This document shows positions 27,557 through 36,912 of a stretch of DNA of 64,000 bases, piece by piece; the first letter of the stretch is position 1; each line of letters opens with the position of its first letter. The translations under genes were made by a program, and so were the position numbers. The DNA is from an uncultured Candidatus Cloacimonadota bacterium. GTDB taxonomy: Bacteria > Cloacimonadota > Cloacimonadia > Cloacimonadales > JAJBBL01. The DNA lies in assembly GCA_964464175.1 (NCBI GenBank), contig CAYXFD010000013.1:8391-72390 (forward strand), given 5' to 3'. The notes under the pieces were generated by a model. It saw only the letters and a list, made by a program, of their open reading frames with translations, had not been told where the DNA came from and did not search any database.

Positions 27557-28552
27557 ATGCATAGTAACAATAGAGTGTTAGCTCTCTTTTCCGGCGGGCT
27601 TGACAGTGTGTTGAGCATTTTGTGGATGAAAAAGCTCGGTTACGAAGTTTTACCGGTCTTTTTTGAGAGCTTTTTTTTTGGTGCGGAGAACGCTGAAGAA
27701 GCAGCTAAAGCTGCCGGTTTGGAGCTAAAGGTTATCGATATCGGAGAAGAATTACTGGAAGTTCTAAAAAAACCGCGTTACGGCTTCGGAAAGAATATGA
27801 ATCCCTGTATTGACTGTCACTCTCTGATGTTTAAAACCGCGGGGGAACTTCTGGAGAGTGAGGGGAGAGATTTCCTGATTTCGGGGGAGGTCTTAGGACA
27901 ACGTCCGATGTCACAGAGACTTGATGCTATGAATGCCGTAGCGAAAATGAGCGGATTTCGCGATCTTATTGTCAGACCCCTGTCACAGAGATTACTCGCT
28001 GATACATTGCCCATAAAAAAGGGTTGGGTAAAAAAAGAAGAGATGCTCGATATTCAGGGGAGAAGCCGGCAGAGGCAAATAGAACTGGCAAAGGATTTTG
28101 GACTGAAGGAGTATAGCACACCTGGCGGAGGTTGTCTGCTAACGGATAAGGGGTATTCCGAGCGGCTAAAAGATCTTTTCTCATATAACATGCTGGAAGG
28201 GAGATTTATCAAATTTCTCCGCTACGGCAGGCATTTTCGGCTGAGTCCGGAAGTCAAATTGATAATCGGTAGAAATGAGCAGGAACTGGAAAAAATATTC
28301 CGTCTTGTTGAGGATGAGACGGTTATAAAGGCAGCAGACTGTTTGGGACCGGTAGGTGTTATTAACAAAAGCAGAGAGATGAATCCCGGCGAGTTGCATA
28401 GGGCTGCTGAATTGGTTTTAAGTTACACTAATAAAGCTAAGGAAGAGGATACCATTGCTTACGGCTTGAACAACGACCTTCAGGGTAAGGTCAAGGTTCA
28501 TAAACTATCACGTAGCAAGATCGATGACCTGCTGATAAAATCTAATACTTAA
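27557..28552 (+). CDS. PP-loop ATP pyrophosphatase family protein (ThiI/MnmA-like, probable tRNA thiolation enzyme)
   Basis: It has the PP-loop VLALFSGGLDSVLSI, plus NPCIDCHSLMF and GEVLGQRPMSQ, which resemble ThiI-type sulfurtransferase motifs. The exact subfamily is not resolved. Confidence 0.6.
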   Translation: MHSNNRVLALFSGGLDSVLSILWMKKLGYEVLPVFFESFFFGAENAEEAAKAAGLELKVIDIGEELLEVLKKPRYGFGKNMNPCIDCHSLMFKTAGELLESEGRDFLISGEVLGQRPMSQRLDAMNAVAKMSGFRDLIVRPLSQRLLADTLPIKKGWVKKEEMLDIQGRSRQRQIELAKDFGLKEYSTPGGGCLLTDKGYSERLKDLFSYNMLEGRFIKFLRYGRHFRLSPEVKLIIGRNEQELEKIFRLVEDETVIKAADCLGPVGVINKSREMNPGELHRAAELVLSYTNKAKEEDTIAYGLNNDLQGKVKVHKLSRSKIDDLLIKSNT

Positions 28553-28569
28553 AAAGAGTGAGGTAGATA

Positions 28570-29202
28570 ATGAAATTTGAACAATTTGTCCTGCTCAAAG
28601 ATTTCGAAACAAATACCTATCTGTTATGGGATGAAAAGAGCCTCGAAGCCATGCTGTTAGATCCGGGAGCTCCGGGAGAGCAAGTAGTGAAGTCCATAAC
28701 CGATAAGAAATTGACTTTGAAGTATATTGTCAATACTCATGGACATGGTGATCATATCGGAGGAAACCGCTATTTCAAAGGGAAATATCCTGAAGCAAAA
28801 TTATGTATTCATCAAGATGATGAACCGATGCTTTACAAAGCAGATCTGAATCTGAGCCTGTATTATGAGAAAACTACAGTATCTCCTCCGGCTGAGGTTA
28901 TACTGGAAGATGGGATGTCACTTTTTCTGGGGAAAGAGGAGGTGAAGGTCATTCATACTCCTGGGCATACAAAAGGAGGAGTCTGCCTGTTGACGGGTAC
29001 TTTGCTCTTCAGTGGAGATACCCTCTTTGCCGAAAACGTAGGGAGAACTGATCTGCCGGGAGGCAGTTTCTCTGATCTGGCAGCTTCGATAAAGAATAAG
29101 CTTTTCAGCTTAGAGGGGATGGTTCTGGTGCTTCCGGGTCATGGTGAGCAAACTACGATCGGAGAAGAAAAGGAATATAACCCTTATGTGGGTGAAGCCT
29201 AA
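28570..29202 (+). CDS. MBL-fold metallo-hydrolase (glyoxalase II-like)
   Basis: It has the HxHxDH motif VNTHGHGDHIGGN, later HTPGHTKG, and is ~210 aa. Confidence 0.85.
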   Translation: MKFEQFVLLKDFETNTYLLWDEKSLEAMLLDPGAPGEQVVKSITDKKLTLKYIVNTHGHGDHIGGNRYFKGKYPEAKLCIHQDDEPMLYKADLNLSLYYEKTTVSPPAEVILEDGMSLFLGKEEVKVIHTPGHTKGGVCLLTGTLLFSGDTLFAENVGRTDLPGGSFSDLAASIKNKLFSLEGMVLVLPGHGEQTTIGEEKEYNPYVGEA

Positions 29203-29235
29203 AGAGTTTGAAGCTTTAATTACGCAGCAATAATA

Positions 29236-29279
29236 GAAAAAGAGCGGTTACGGAGGGTGGTAACCGCTCTTGTATTTTG
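29236..29279. terminator. Bidirectional rho-independent terminator between convergent genes
   Basis: An 11-bp perfect stem pairs agagcggttac (29241-29251) with gtaaccgctct (29260-29270) around an 8-nt loop. It is flanked by an A-run on the left and tgtattttgt on the right. Confidence 0.8.
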
Positions 29280-29296
29280 TGGGGATCAGTTCGTTT

Positions 29297-31561
29297 TTAC
29301 TTCAACAGCAGTATCTTATGATTAACCTTCAGGTTTTCAGCTGTGAAACGAATAAAATATACTCCGGAAGGAACGTTTCCGGAATTATCATCTACTCCGT
29401 CCCAGACAAATTCTGAGTTTGCAGAGGGAGAACTCTCGATAAGCGTTCTGACTAACTGCCCTTTGGTATTGTAAATCTTCAGGCTGATGGGACTGTTTGG
29501 CGAGTAGTTGATTTTATCCAATGAGATAGTTATGCTGGGATTAAAGGGATTGGGATAAGCTGTTATTCTATCGGAGCGAGAGGGTACCGGTATCAGTATA
29601 TCCTGATCAGTACTTACCCAATACCCGGAACCGGAACCGCCATAAGCTCCCATATCATTTCTTACCGTTCCTTTGGCGGGAAAGAGAGCATATCCGGGAT
29701 TATCCGGATCTTCCGGATCATTATAGGCAACTCCCGGATTACCTGTATCCACAGAGGGTGAACTATCCTCTAAGTACCAGATTGCCGACAAACCGTCAAA
29801 GTTAACACCCGACCCGTCAGAAGGCTGAATGAATAAAGGATCTTCATCAATATTATCTGTTCCTGAAGATCCGCCGCTGATATTGCTGTATTCAATTAGA
29901 GTAACGGAATTGGGGAAACTGGAAAGAGCAGGTTCTGCTCCTCTGATGATGGAGTTACGTATCTGTAAGAAGGAGTTATGGTTGAAGATGTGGAAAGCGT
30001 TAGTTCCCAGGTTTACATTATGGGTAATGGTATTGTTGATAAAATTAACAGCAGCACCTGATTTTACGCCAAAAGCCGAGGAAAATTGCCCGGAGTTGTT
30101 GACGAAGAGATTGTTCTTAACATCAAAGCTTGAAGCATTGATCTCCAGAGCTGCAATTCCGTTTGTGCTCTGATTGTTGGCAAAGATGTTGTTTTGGAGA
30201 GTAATATTATCGGTAGTGCTTATCTTCAAAGCTCCGGGATCATTGCCCCCGGAATTTTGGTAGAAGGTGTTTCCTATTATATTGACCCGGGAACCTGTTA
30301 CGATTAGAGCAGCTTGATTTGCTTTAGAGATATGGCAATTCTTCAGCGTGTTCTCAATCTGGCTGTCTATTATTCTCATCCCCAGCCACCAGGTATCTGA
30401 AGTAAAGACAATCGGTTCCTGCTCTTCAGCGTTAGCATAAAGATACCCTTCAATCGTAATAGAACTCTGACTGGTACGAATTTCAACCCCCGGTTCGATG
30501 ATCAGGAAAGAGTCTTCGGGAACGATAACGTCACCGGAGATAAGATAGGGACTATGAGCTGAATGCCAAGTACCGCCTATGTTTCCGGAGATGCCTTCCG
30601 GGGCTGTCACAACTATGTAGTTTTCCGAAACCAACTCTTCCGTATCAGTTCCGTCAGAGACACGGAGAGTAATGTCATAAGTTCCGGGTTCAGTATAGGT
30701 AAAAGCCGGATTTTGCTCCGTACTGTCGATATTTCCGTCTCCGTTAAGATCCCATTCCCAGGAAACAATATTCTGAGAGGGCATGGAATGGTCATAAAAC
30801 TGAACAGACAGACTGGGTGGTCCCTGATGGACATTGCTCGAAAACATAGGCATAAGCCCGGCAAATGAGGCTTTGGCAGCCTGATGGATAGGGGCATTAC
30901 CGGTCACGAGACTCTGGACAATAACCACTGCGGAAACATTGTATATATCCCAGGAAGTATCAAGATTGAATGTATGCGAGAAGGTTTCGGATTGTCCGGT
31001 TGAGGTCAGATTGAAATTCTGCTGGCTATACGCCTTGACAGAGGCAAAATAGTCAGGATCCATTACTCCGGTCAGGTCGTAAGTCAGAATGAATAATATC
31101 CGGTTGTTGGTTGTCGAAATATTGCCGGTCATAATAGTCTCAGCATTGACGAGTAACTGATTCTGGTCATTAATGGTAAGGTCGAGATTTATCTCGAGGG
31201 GGCTGTTCAGTCCCACTAATTGATTGTAGGCATTCACGTAGTTATTATAGGCATTGGTAGCACCTATAATAGTATTCGTTCCTCCCCATTGAGCATGAGG
31301 CACATATTGTCCGTTATAAAGTCCGAATCTTGTCGAGAAACTGGGGCTGGTGTGAGCACCGTTAGCTTGCCAAATAAGGGGAATGAAATAGGGGAAGTTA
31401 TCAGGGTCATTAAAAAGTTGAGCCAACGCAGACCGCGCTGGGGGGCAACTCGGGCACGTAGTTGACGTGAACATTTCTCCCACGACAAACATCTGTGTGC
31501 CCAGCAACAGAGGTGTCAGCAGGAGAAGAAAGCTTAGAAAAAAGAGAAGCTTCTTCATCAT
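29297..31561 (-). CDS. Secreted protein: N-terminal thioredoxin-like CPxCP module - PKD domain - right-handed beta-helix repeats - T9SS-type sorting domain
   Basis: The N-terminus is VVGEMFTSTTCPSCPPARSALAQL and the PKD domain is WEWDLNGDGNIDSTEQNPAFTYTEPGTYDITLRVSDG. Repeated N-rich beta-helix turns follow (NNIFANN, NNLFVNN, INNTITHN). The C-terminus is AYPNPFNPSITISL...GVYFIRFTAENLKVNHKILLLK. Confidence 0.75.
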   Translation of the reverse strand: MMKKLLFFLSFLLLLTPLLLGTQMFVVGEMFTSTTCPSCPPARSALAQLFNDPDNFPYFIPLIWQANGAHTSPSFSTRFGLYNGQYVPHAQWGGTNTIIGATNAYNNYVNAYNQLVGLNSPLEINLDLTINDQNQLLVNAETIMTGNISTTNNRILFILTYDLTGVMDPDYFASVKAYSQQNFNLTSTGQSETFSHTFNLDTSWDIYNVSAVVIVQSLVTGNAPIHQAAKASFAGLMPMFSSNVHQGPPSLSVQFYDHSMPSQNIVSWEWDLNGDGNIDSTEQNPAFTYTEPGTYDITLRVSDGTDTEELVSENYIVVTAPEGISGNIGGTWHSAHSPYLISGDVIVPEDSFLIIEPGVEIRTSQSSITIEGYLYANAEEQEPIVFTSDTWWLGMRIIDSQIENTLKNCHISKANQAALIVTGSRVNIIGNTFYQNSGGNDPGALKISTTDNITLQNNIFANNQSTNGIAALEINASSFDVKNNLFVNNSGQFSSAFGVKSGAAVNFINNTITHNVNLGTNAFHIFNHNSFLQIRNSIIRGAEPALSSFPNSVTLIEYSNISGGSSGTDNIDEDPLFIQPSDGSGVNFDGLSAIWYLEDSSPSVDTGNPGVAYNDPEDPDNPGYALFPAKGTVRNDMGAYGGSGSGYWVSTDQDILIPVPSRSDRITAYPNPFNPSITISLDKINYSPNSPISLKIYNTKGQLVRTLIESSPSANSEFVWDGVDDNSGNVPSGVYFIRFTAENLKVNHKILLLK

Positions 31562-31574
31562 TACTCCTTTTGAT

Positions 31575-33632
31575 TTAATTAACGATTAACATCTTTCTTA
31601 TTACCGTTTGCTTAGTATTGGTTAGTTTGTAAAAATATACGCCGCTGACAACTTTTCTATTTCTTTCATTTTTCCCATCCCATATAACCTTACCTATATT
31701 ATCGGCTGAAAGCTCCAAACCTGTCAAGGTTTTAATCAACTGTCCTTTGACATTGTGAATAGTAATGACAGCATCGTTAGCGAGTTGACCGTCTGGTACA
31801 GAGAAGGGGATAACGACATAATTACCTGTTGTCCGGTCGGTTCCTGTCTTATTGAGGAAAAAGGGATTGGGATAACTCGGAAGGAGTTTTAGGGAAGTAT
31901 CAGTTAGCGGGAGTGTGTCGTCATCAGTGTTTGTAGTAGAAAACCAGGCTATAGAATTCAAAAGCATATCGGAACGGTCATTGTAGTTGTCAATTGCTTC
32001 GAAACCGAAAGCTAAATAGATAATCTTGGCATTTCTGCCGTAGTGTAGAGAACGAATACCGGCAACTGAGTCGTCTCCGTTATGATAGTGAAGAATGGGA
32101 AAGGAACTATCTCTGAGAGGGGCGATGACTTCCGGTGAATATTGATTATCAGCACCGTCACCCTCGGCGATCGCAAAGTTCAAGCCATCTGTGATTAGAT
32201 CATCTTCCACTCCACTGACAGACCGGCTGTCAGTATCTGCGGTAATTAAGTCGGACTGGAGGTAGTCATGATAAAAAGAGGGATCAGAATAGAGTGGATT
32301 AGAAATCAGGTCTTTTCCGATATTCTGTCCGGAGAGGAATAGGTTGTATCCGTTATCGAGAAACGAACGTAAGAATGATGTTTCTGTGAGGGTCAGGGCA
32401 GGTTCCCGTTCTCCTGTAATCCAGATCAGGGTATCGAAATAAGGGGTTATTGAATCCGAAATATCAGCATAGACCGTGTTCCAAACCCCGTAGGAATATT
32501 GGCTCTCTTCTAATACAGCAGTGGAATAGTCTTCGTAATTCGACCACCCGTCACTGTCAATAATGAGCAGGTCAACATCATTTGTTAGATAGCGGAAGGG
32601 GATGTTATAATCATCAGGGAAAAGAGAGGATTGAACTGTAAAATGATAGTCCATCATTCCGGCTTCGTCGGGGATGACATTAGCATGAAAACTTCTGACT
32701 TCACCTGATTCAAGGGGGAAATCATAAGGTCCAATATAACACAGACCATCTTCGTCACAAAAAGAGGTAAGCCAGCCAGCGGGAGCATTATCGATCATAA
32801 TATTGATTGTCAGATCAATAGAGTCTCCAGGATTGAATAAAGAAAAGTACTCAACTTCAAATAATCCCGTTGCAGGTCCGATATCCATTCTCTTGTTCGG
32901 TACGACTGCTCTCAGGTTATATGCAGGAGAGGGGTAAGTCGAAGCAGCCTGAACAATATCTCCCTCTGAATCAACGACATAGACTAAGGCAGAGAGATTG
33001 TTTTCATCCCAGGAAGGTTCAGTAGAAAAGGAGGTATTCAGGGTAATGGTATTATTCTGACCGGAGAGCGAAAAAATCTCTTGTTCTATCGTCCTTGCTA
33101 AATTTGTCAGTTCATTTGAGACGTTATCTTCTATCAGAATAAAGCGGGTAGTGGCATTTTGAAACTCTTCTGTGTCCGATAACATAGTGATCATGATCTC
33201 AATGTTTCCTGAGGCAGTGTCAAAATTCAAAATCTCTATCTGCAAGGGCGAAGGTGAATAATAATCCTTCTCCACGAGTGCCTGGTAGGGGAGACCATTG
33301 CTGAGCGGAAAATTTACCCCGGTTATTCTTGCCTTGCCGTTAACTATAAAGGAAGGGAATTCGCTGACCGAATATTCCTGGACAAGATTTTCGATTTCCG
33401 GTGCTGAGTACTGACCACTGTTCTGAGAGGTATAATAACGAACAGGAATAACATCTCCGGAGGAATACCTGTTCTGTAATTCATCAATACCGCTATAGGC
33501 TTCGGCAGCATCAGGGCTCCAACTGGCAGTAATCAATTCTGCTACAATCAGTCTCGGCTGGTAAGGGAGTTCCCCAAAGAGAAGGGTGAGTGATATACTA
33601 AAAAGCAGGATGATCAATAAGAAAACTTTCAT
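31575..33632 (-). CDS. Secreted protein with a degenerate (Cys-less) thioredoxin-like N-terminal module and T9SS-type sorting domain
   Basis: The N-terminus LIVAELITASWSPDAAEAYSGIDEL aligns with the CPxCP module of the two neighbouring paralogs but reads WSPD. The C-terminus is SYPNPFFLNK...GVYFYKLTNTKQTVIRKMLIVN. The middle region is unassigned. Confidence 0.65.
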   Translation of the reverse strand: MKVFLLIILLFSISLTLLFGELPYQPRLIVAELITASWSPDAAEAYSGIDELQNRYSSGDVIPVRYYTSQNSGQYSAPEIENLVQEYSVSEFPSFIVNGKARITGVNFPLSNGLPYQALVEKDYYSPSPLQIEILNFDTASGNIEIMITMLSDTEEFQNATTRFILIEDNVSNELTNLARTIEQEIFSLSGQNNTITLNTSFSTEPSWDENNLSALVYVVDSEGDIVQAASTYPSPAYNLRAVVPNKRMDIGPATGLFEVEYFSLFNPGDSIDLTINIMIDNAPAGWLTSFCDEDGLCYIGPYDFPLESGEVRSFHANVIPDEAGMMDYHFTVQSSLFPDDYNIPFRYLTNDVDLLIIDSDGWSNYEDYSTAVLEESQYSYGVWNTVYADISDSITPYFDTLIWITGEREPALTLTETSFLRSFLDNGYNLFLSGQNIGKDLISNPLYSDPSFYHDYLQSDLITADTDSRSVSGVEDDLITDGLNFAIAEGDGADNQYSPEVIAPLRDSSFPILHYHNGDDSVAGIRSLHYGRNAKIIYLAFGFEAIDNYNDRSDMLLNSIAWFSTTNTDDDTLPLTDTSLKLLPSYPNPFFLNKTGTDRTTGNYVVIPFSVPDGQLANDAVITIHNVKGQLIKTLTGLELSADNIGKVIWDGKNERNRKVVSGVYFYKLTNTKQTVIRKMLIVN

Positions 33633-33764
33633 TCCAACCTCCTTCGGTTTTGTTCTCTAAAAAATTATAGCGCTATGGCTTGCAGCCATTTTCTTTCACT
33701 AAGATCGCTGAACTGTGGCATTTGTTCCTTCGGCAGCTTTGTCAGTAAATACCGTTTCCAGTGA

Positions 33765-35207
33765 TCAGAATCTCGTTATCAGGTCTAACCGTAATCCTTG
33801 AAACGGGGTAGTATAATAGCATACTCCGCTTCGGCAAACTTTGCCTCCTCTCTCTTCTCCGACAAATAACTTCAGTTCGGTATGTGAAAAAAGGTCTGCT
33901 GTCGCTTCCAGTCCAAACCAGTTTCGGTTGTCTGCCGGGTTACTTAGTTCATTGAATTCCAACTCTGATATCAAAGAGAGTGACAAGTTCCTGAAAAAGA
34001 TATCGAATTGCAGGAGCGGCTTGTAAATTTCCCTCTCTGAATCCTGCCTGGTCTCTTCCCGATATCCGAATTCAGTGCGAAGATGTACCGGTAAAGTGAA
34101 AAGAGCAAAATCGAAAAGCAGTGCCGGAGTAATCTCCTTGTACCAGAGTTCCCAATCTTTGTCTATTGTCTCGAACTGAGCATATTCCAAACCTAAGATG
34201 AAACTATCAAAATCTTTTCTCCCTTCGATAAAGAGATCACTCTGCCTGATAGAAAAACTGCTGTTCCAGGCTTCGGAATAGATAACTGAAATCTCGGTAG
34301 TGAAGTCGGGAATATATCTGAGTTGCCCGAGTAATCCTTCTTCATCGGCTCCAGGCTGAATCCTCTCGGAGAGAGGTTCTTCACTGGCATTCAGAGTGGG
34401 GAGGTCATTCATTCGATCATCGAAACGGTCATATCTCTTATAACCCGAAGAGATGGTGAAATTTCCAAGATAAGTGTTTGCCATACCGTAAAGAGCTTGT
34501 CCCCGGAATTCGCCGGCTATATTCCTGTAGGTCTTTGTCTCGGCATATTCAGCATAAAAATCGTAGAGATCGGTAAGCAGCTCGATCCTGCTTCCGGCGG
34601 TAATTCTGGTGCTGTACTTACTATCGATTCGTTGAACCTCTTGCCTGGTGAAACTGAAACCTAACTGGTTAAACCAGAGAAAGGGGAGTGAATAATCCAA
34701 CCCCCCGATGATATCCTTGCGGTTAACATTATTCTCACTGGGAAGAGTGGCATATAGTGCCTTTAAATTATGATCTCCTGAACTTAAGCGTAAGTTCAGG
34801 CCGGTTAAGCGGGTATCGTGATCATAAGCCTTATCTCTGAAAGCTCTCATTATAATACCGTTACCGAAGAATTCGGAAAAAGAGCCGGCACGTACTCTGG
34901 AAGCAGGTAAACTGATTTGGATATATCTTTCATCCCAGCGGTAATCAAGGTCACTATGATGTAATACTTCGATAGCCTGAAACTGATCATATTTCGGTAA
35001 TTCGGCGATAAATGACATACCGGCTTCGATATTTTTATAGTTCAATCTTAGGGTAGTTTCGTTGTAGAAGTAATTGGAAAGGGAATCTTCTGCTGCTTTA
35101 TAAATGAACTGAGCTTCATTGATCCCCGACAGGCTGAAGTCTCCGTAACAGAGGCTGAGAGAGAAGAATACCAGTAAGAAGAATGATAAGAATACACTTT
35201 TATTCAT
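33765..35207 (-). CDS. Putative outer-membrane beta-barrel protein (hypothetical)
   Basis: It has a signal peptide and alternating amphipathic, aromatic-rich strands throughout. The C-terminus GLRLDLITRF ends in Phe, the OMP signature. Its start overlaps the TlpA-like gene stop by 4 nt. Confidence 0.55.
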   Translation of the reverse strand: MNKSVFLSFFLLVFFSLSLCYGDFSLSGINEAQFIYKAAEDSLSNYFYNETTLRLNYKNIEAGMSFIAELPKYDQFQAIEVLHHSDLDYRWDERYIQISLPASRVRAGSFSEFFGNGIIMRAFRDKAYDHDTRLTGLNLRLSSGDHNLKALYATLPSENNVNRKDIIGGLDYSLPFLWFNQLGFSFTRQEVQRIDSKYSTRITAGSRIELLTDLYDFYAEYAETKTYRNIAGEFRGQALYGMANTYLGNFTISSGYKRYDRFDDRMNDLPTLNASEEPLSERIQPGADEEGLLGQLRYIPDFTTEISVIYSEAWNSSFSIRQSDLFIEGRKDFDSFILGLEYAQFETIDKDWELWYKEITPALLFDFALFTLPVHLRTEFGYREETRQDSEREIYKPLLQFDIFFRNLSLSLISELEFNELSNPADNRNWFGLEATADLFSHTELKLFVGEERGGKVCRSGVCYYTTPFQGLRLDLITRF

Positions 35208-35761
35208 CTTTCTTTGTTTAACTCCTCTTGCTCTTGGTGAGGTATAGATTCCTGTTGTTCAGACAGGATAGACAATTGCCTGGTGATTTCAGCTTTGAGT
35301 TTTTCTTCGTCTCCGCGGGTGTAACCTGTATGTTCGTACAATATTTCCCCGGAGGGGCTGATAAGAAAAGTATGGGGAACGGTTGTAACCTGAAACTGCT
35401 TCATGATCTCCTGGTTGGTATCAAAGAGAGTGACAAAAGTATATCTTTGTGAACGGATAAGGCTTTTGGCTCTGTTGACGGAACGGGGATTATCTATACT
35501 GATCGCTAAAAGAGTTACTTCATCATTCTCGGAATGAATCTTCTCCAGTTCCGGTAAAAGTCTCAGGCAGGGAGCACACCAGCTTGCCCAGAAATCAATG
35601 ATGATCAGATCAGAACCGAGATAATCGGTAACATTGATCTCCTGATTATTGATATCAGGCAGGGTAAAACTCTGAATAGCCTCCCCCTGAAGCAGAGTTA
35701 TGCTTAGCAAAAGACTGATTGTAAGCAAGATTAAATGACGCATTATTAACCTCCTGTTCAA
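35204..35761 (-). CDS. TlpA-like periplasmic thiol:disulfide oxidoreductase (thioredoxin fold)
   Basis: It has a signal/anchor sequence and the active site IIDFWASWCAPCLRLLPELEK (WCxxC). It is ~185 aa. Confidence 0.85.
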   Translation of the reverse strand: MNRRLIMRHLILLTISLLLSITLLQGEAIQSFTLPDINNQEINVTDYLGSDLIIIDFWASWCAPCLRLLPELEKIHSENDEVTLLAISIDNPRSVNRAKSLIRSQRYTFVTLFDTNQEIMKQFQVTTVPHTFLISPSGEILYEHTGYTRGDEEKLKAEITRQLSILSEQQESIPHQEQEELNKER

Positions 35762-35775
35762 TGCAGGTCAAAATA

Positions 35776-36912
35776 TTAGTGCCGGCTACCCGGTATCTCT
35801 ATTTCATATTCATATACATTATGAACGAAACAGGTATCCTCATCATAGTTATCCTCAACCGTCTGGATCCAGACGACCAGACGAGAATCATTAAAACTGA
35901 AGTCCGGAATCGATAACTCTGCGTTAAGGATACTGTTTAGATCATCGGCAGAGAGTGAAACACTACCTTTGGCTATAACTACATTTCGGCAAGGTTCTCC
36001 AGCTGCATTATTGACGTCTGTCTCCTTATCAATCAAGGCATAACGCAACTGCAGATCCGGCTGGTCTGTGATCATCGTTTCAGCGGTCAGAGCAAAAGAA
36101 AGGACTTCTTGGTTTATGGTGTAATCAAATCCCGTTAGGAGATAATCTGCCTCCAGAGCAAAATACTGAGAGATAGCAAAATTGTAAGCAGGATAACTTT
36201 CTGTGGGATGACCGCCCGAGATCTTAAGCTGTCCCTGAACGATTCCTATTGGTAAGGAAAGAGGCAGTTCATAGTATTCGAGAATGTCGTTGTGACCAAA
36301 AGCAAGCTGGTCGGAAATATGATATTCAATATAATAGAAAGCCTCTCCATAGAGTTGTTTCAAATCATTAAGAGCAGCTTCAACATAAGGACAATTAGGA
36401 CACCAGGTTGCAGTAAACAGTTCTACTAAAACTTTTCTATCAAAGGTTTCAGTCCCATTTTGCCGGTTACCTATGAAAAGAAAGTTATGCTCTTCATCAA
36501 GGCAATATTCAGTGAAAGTTGTATCTATTCCGGCAGTAGTATCCCGGATGATCAGACTGAAGGTGAGTGAAATGCCCCCGCTGTCGGGGAGAACATGGAA
36601 AATCTGGAGCTCTTCCGTTACAAGCTCTGTTAAACCGTGGTAATAGTTTTCAACATCACTTTTTAAGCTCCCGTCATTGAGATAATCATCACTGTAATAA
36701 ACCATTACCGGGGTCAGATCATTCCCGAGAAGAGCAGTCCGCAAGATTTCGGTAAATCCTTCCAGATGTTCGTCAAAAGCCTGAGATATGTCATTTCCGT
36801 TTGGATCAGCGGGCTGGAAAGAATTATCGAATCTGTTGCAGGAAAAAAGCAGCAATGCTATGAGAAATAGGCATAACTTAAAAATATTATTGCTAAACAT
36901 CGATTTATTCAT
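35776..36912 (-). CDS. Lipoprotein with thioredoxin-like CPxCP module (Omp28-related-like)
   Basis: It has the lipobox LIALLLFSC and the module VLVELFTATWCPNCPYVEAALNDLKQLYG, which is paralogous to the N-termini of the 754-aa and 685-aa proteins. Its start overlaps the DsbD 3' end by 8 nt. Confidence 0.65.
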   Translation of the reverse strand: MNKSMFSNNIFKLCLFLIALLLFSCNRFDNSFQPADPNGNDISQAFDEHLEGFTEILRTALLGNDLTPVMVYYSDDYLNDGSLKSDVENYYHGLTELVTEELQIFHVLPDSGGISLTFSLIIRDTTAGIDTTFTEYCLDEEHNFLFIGNRQNGTETFDRKVLVELFTATWCPNCPYVEAALNDLKQLYGEAFYYIEYHISDQLAFGHNDILEYYELPLSLPIGIVQGQLKISGGHPTESYPAYNFAISQYFALEADYLLTGFDYTINQEVLSFALTAETMITDQPDLQLRYALIDKETDVNNAAGEPCRNVVIAKGSVSLSADDLNSILNAELSIPDFSFNDSRLVVWIQTVEDNYDEDTCFVHNVYEYEIEIPGSRH

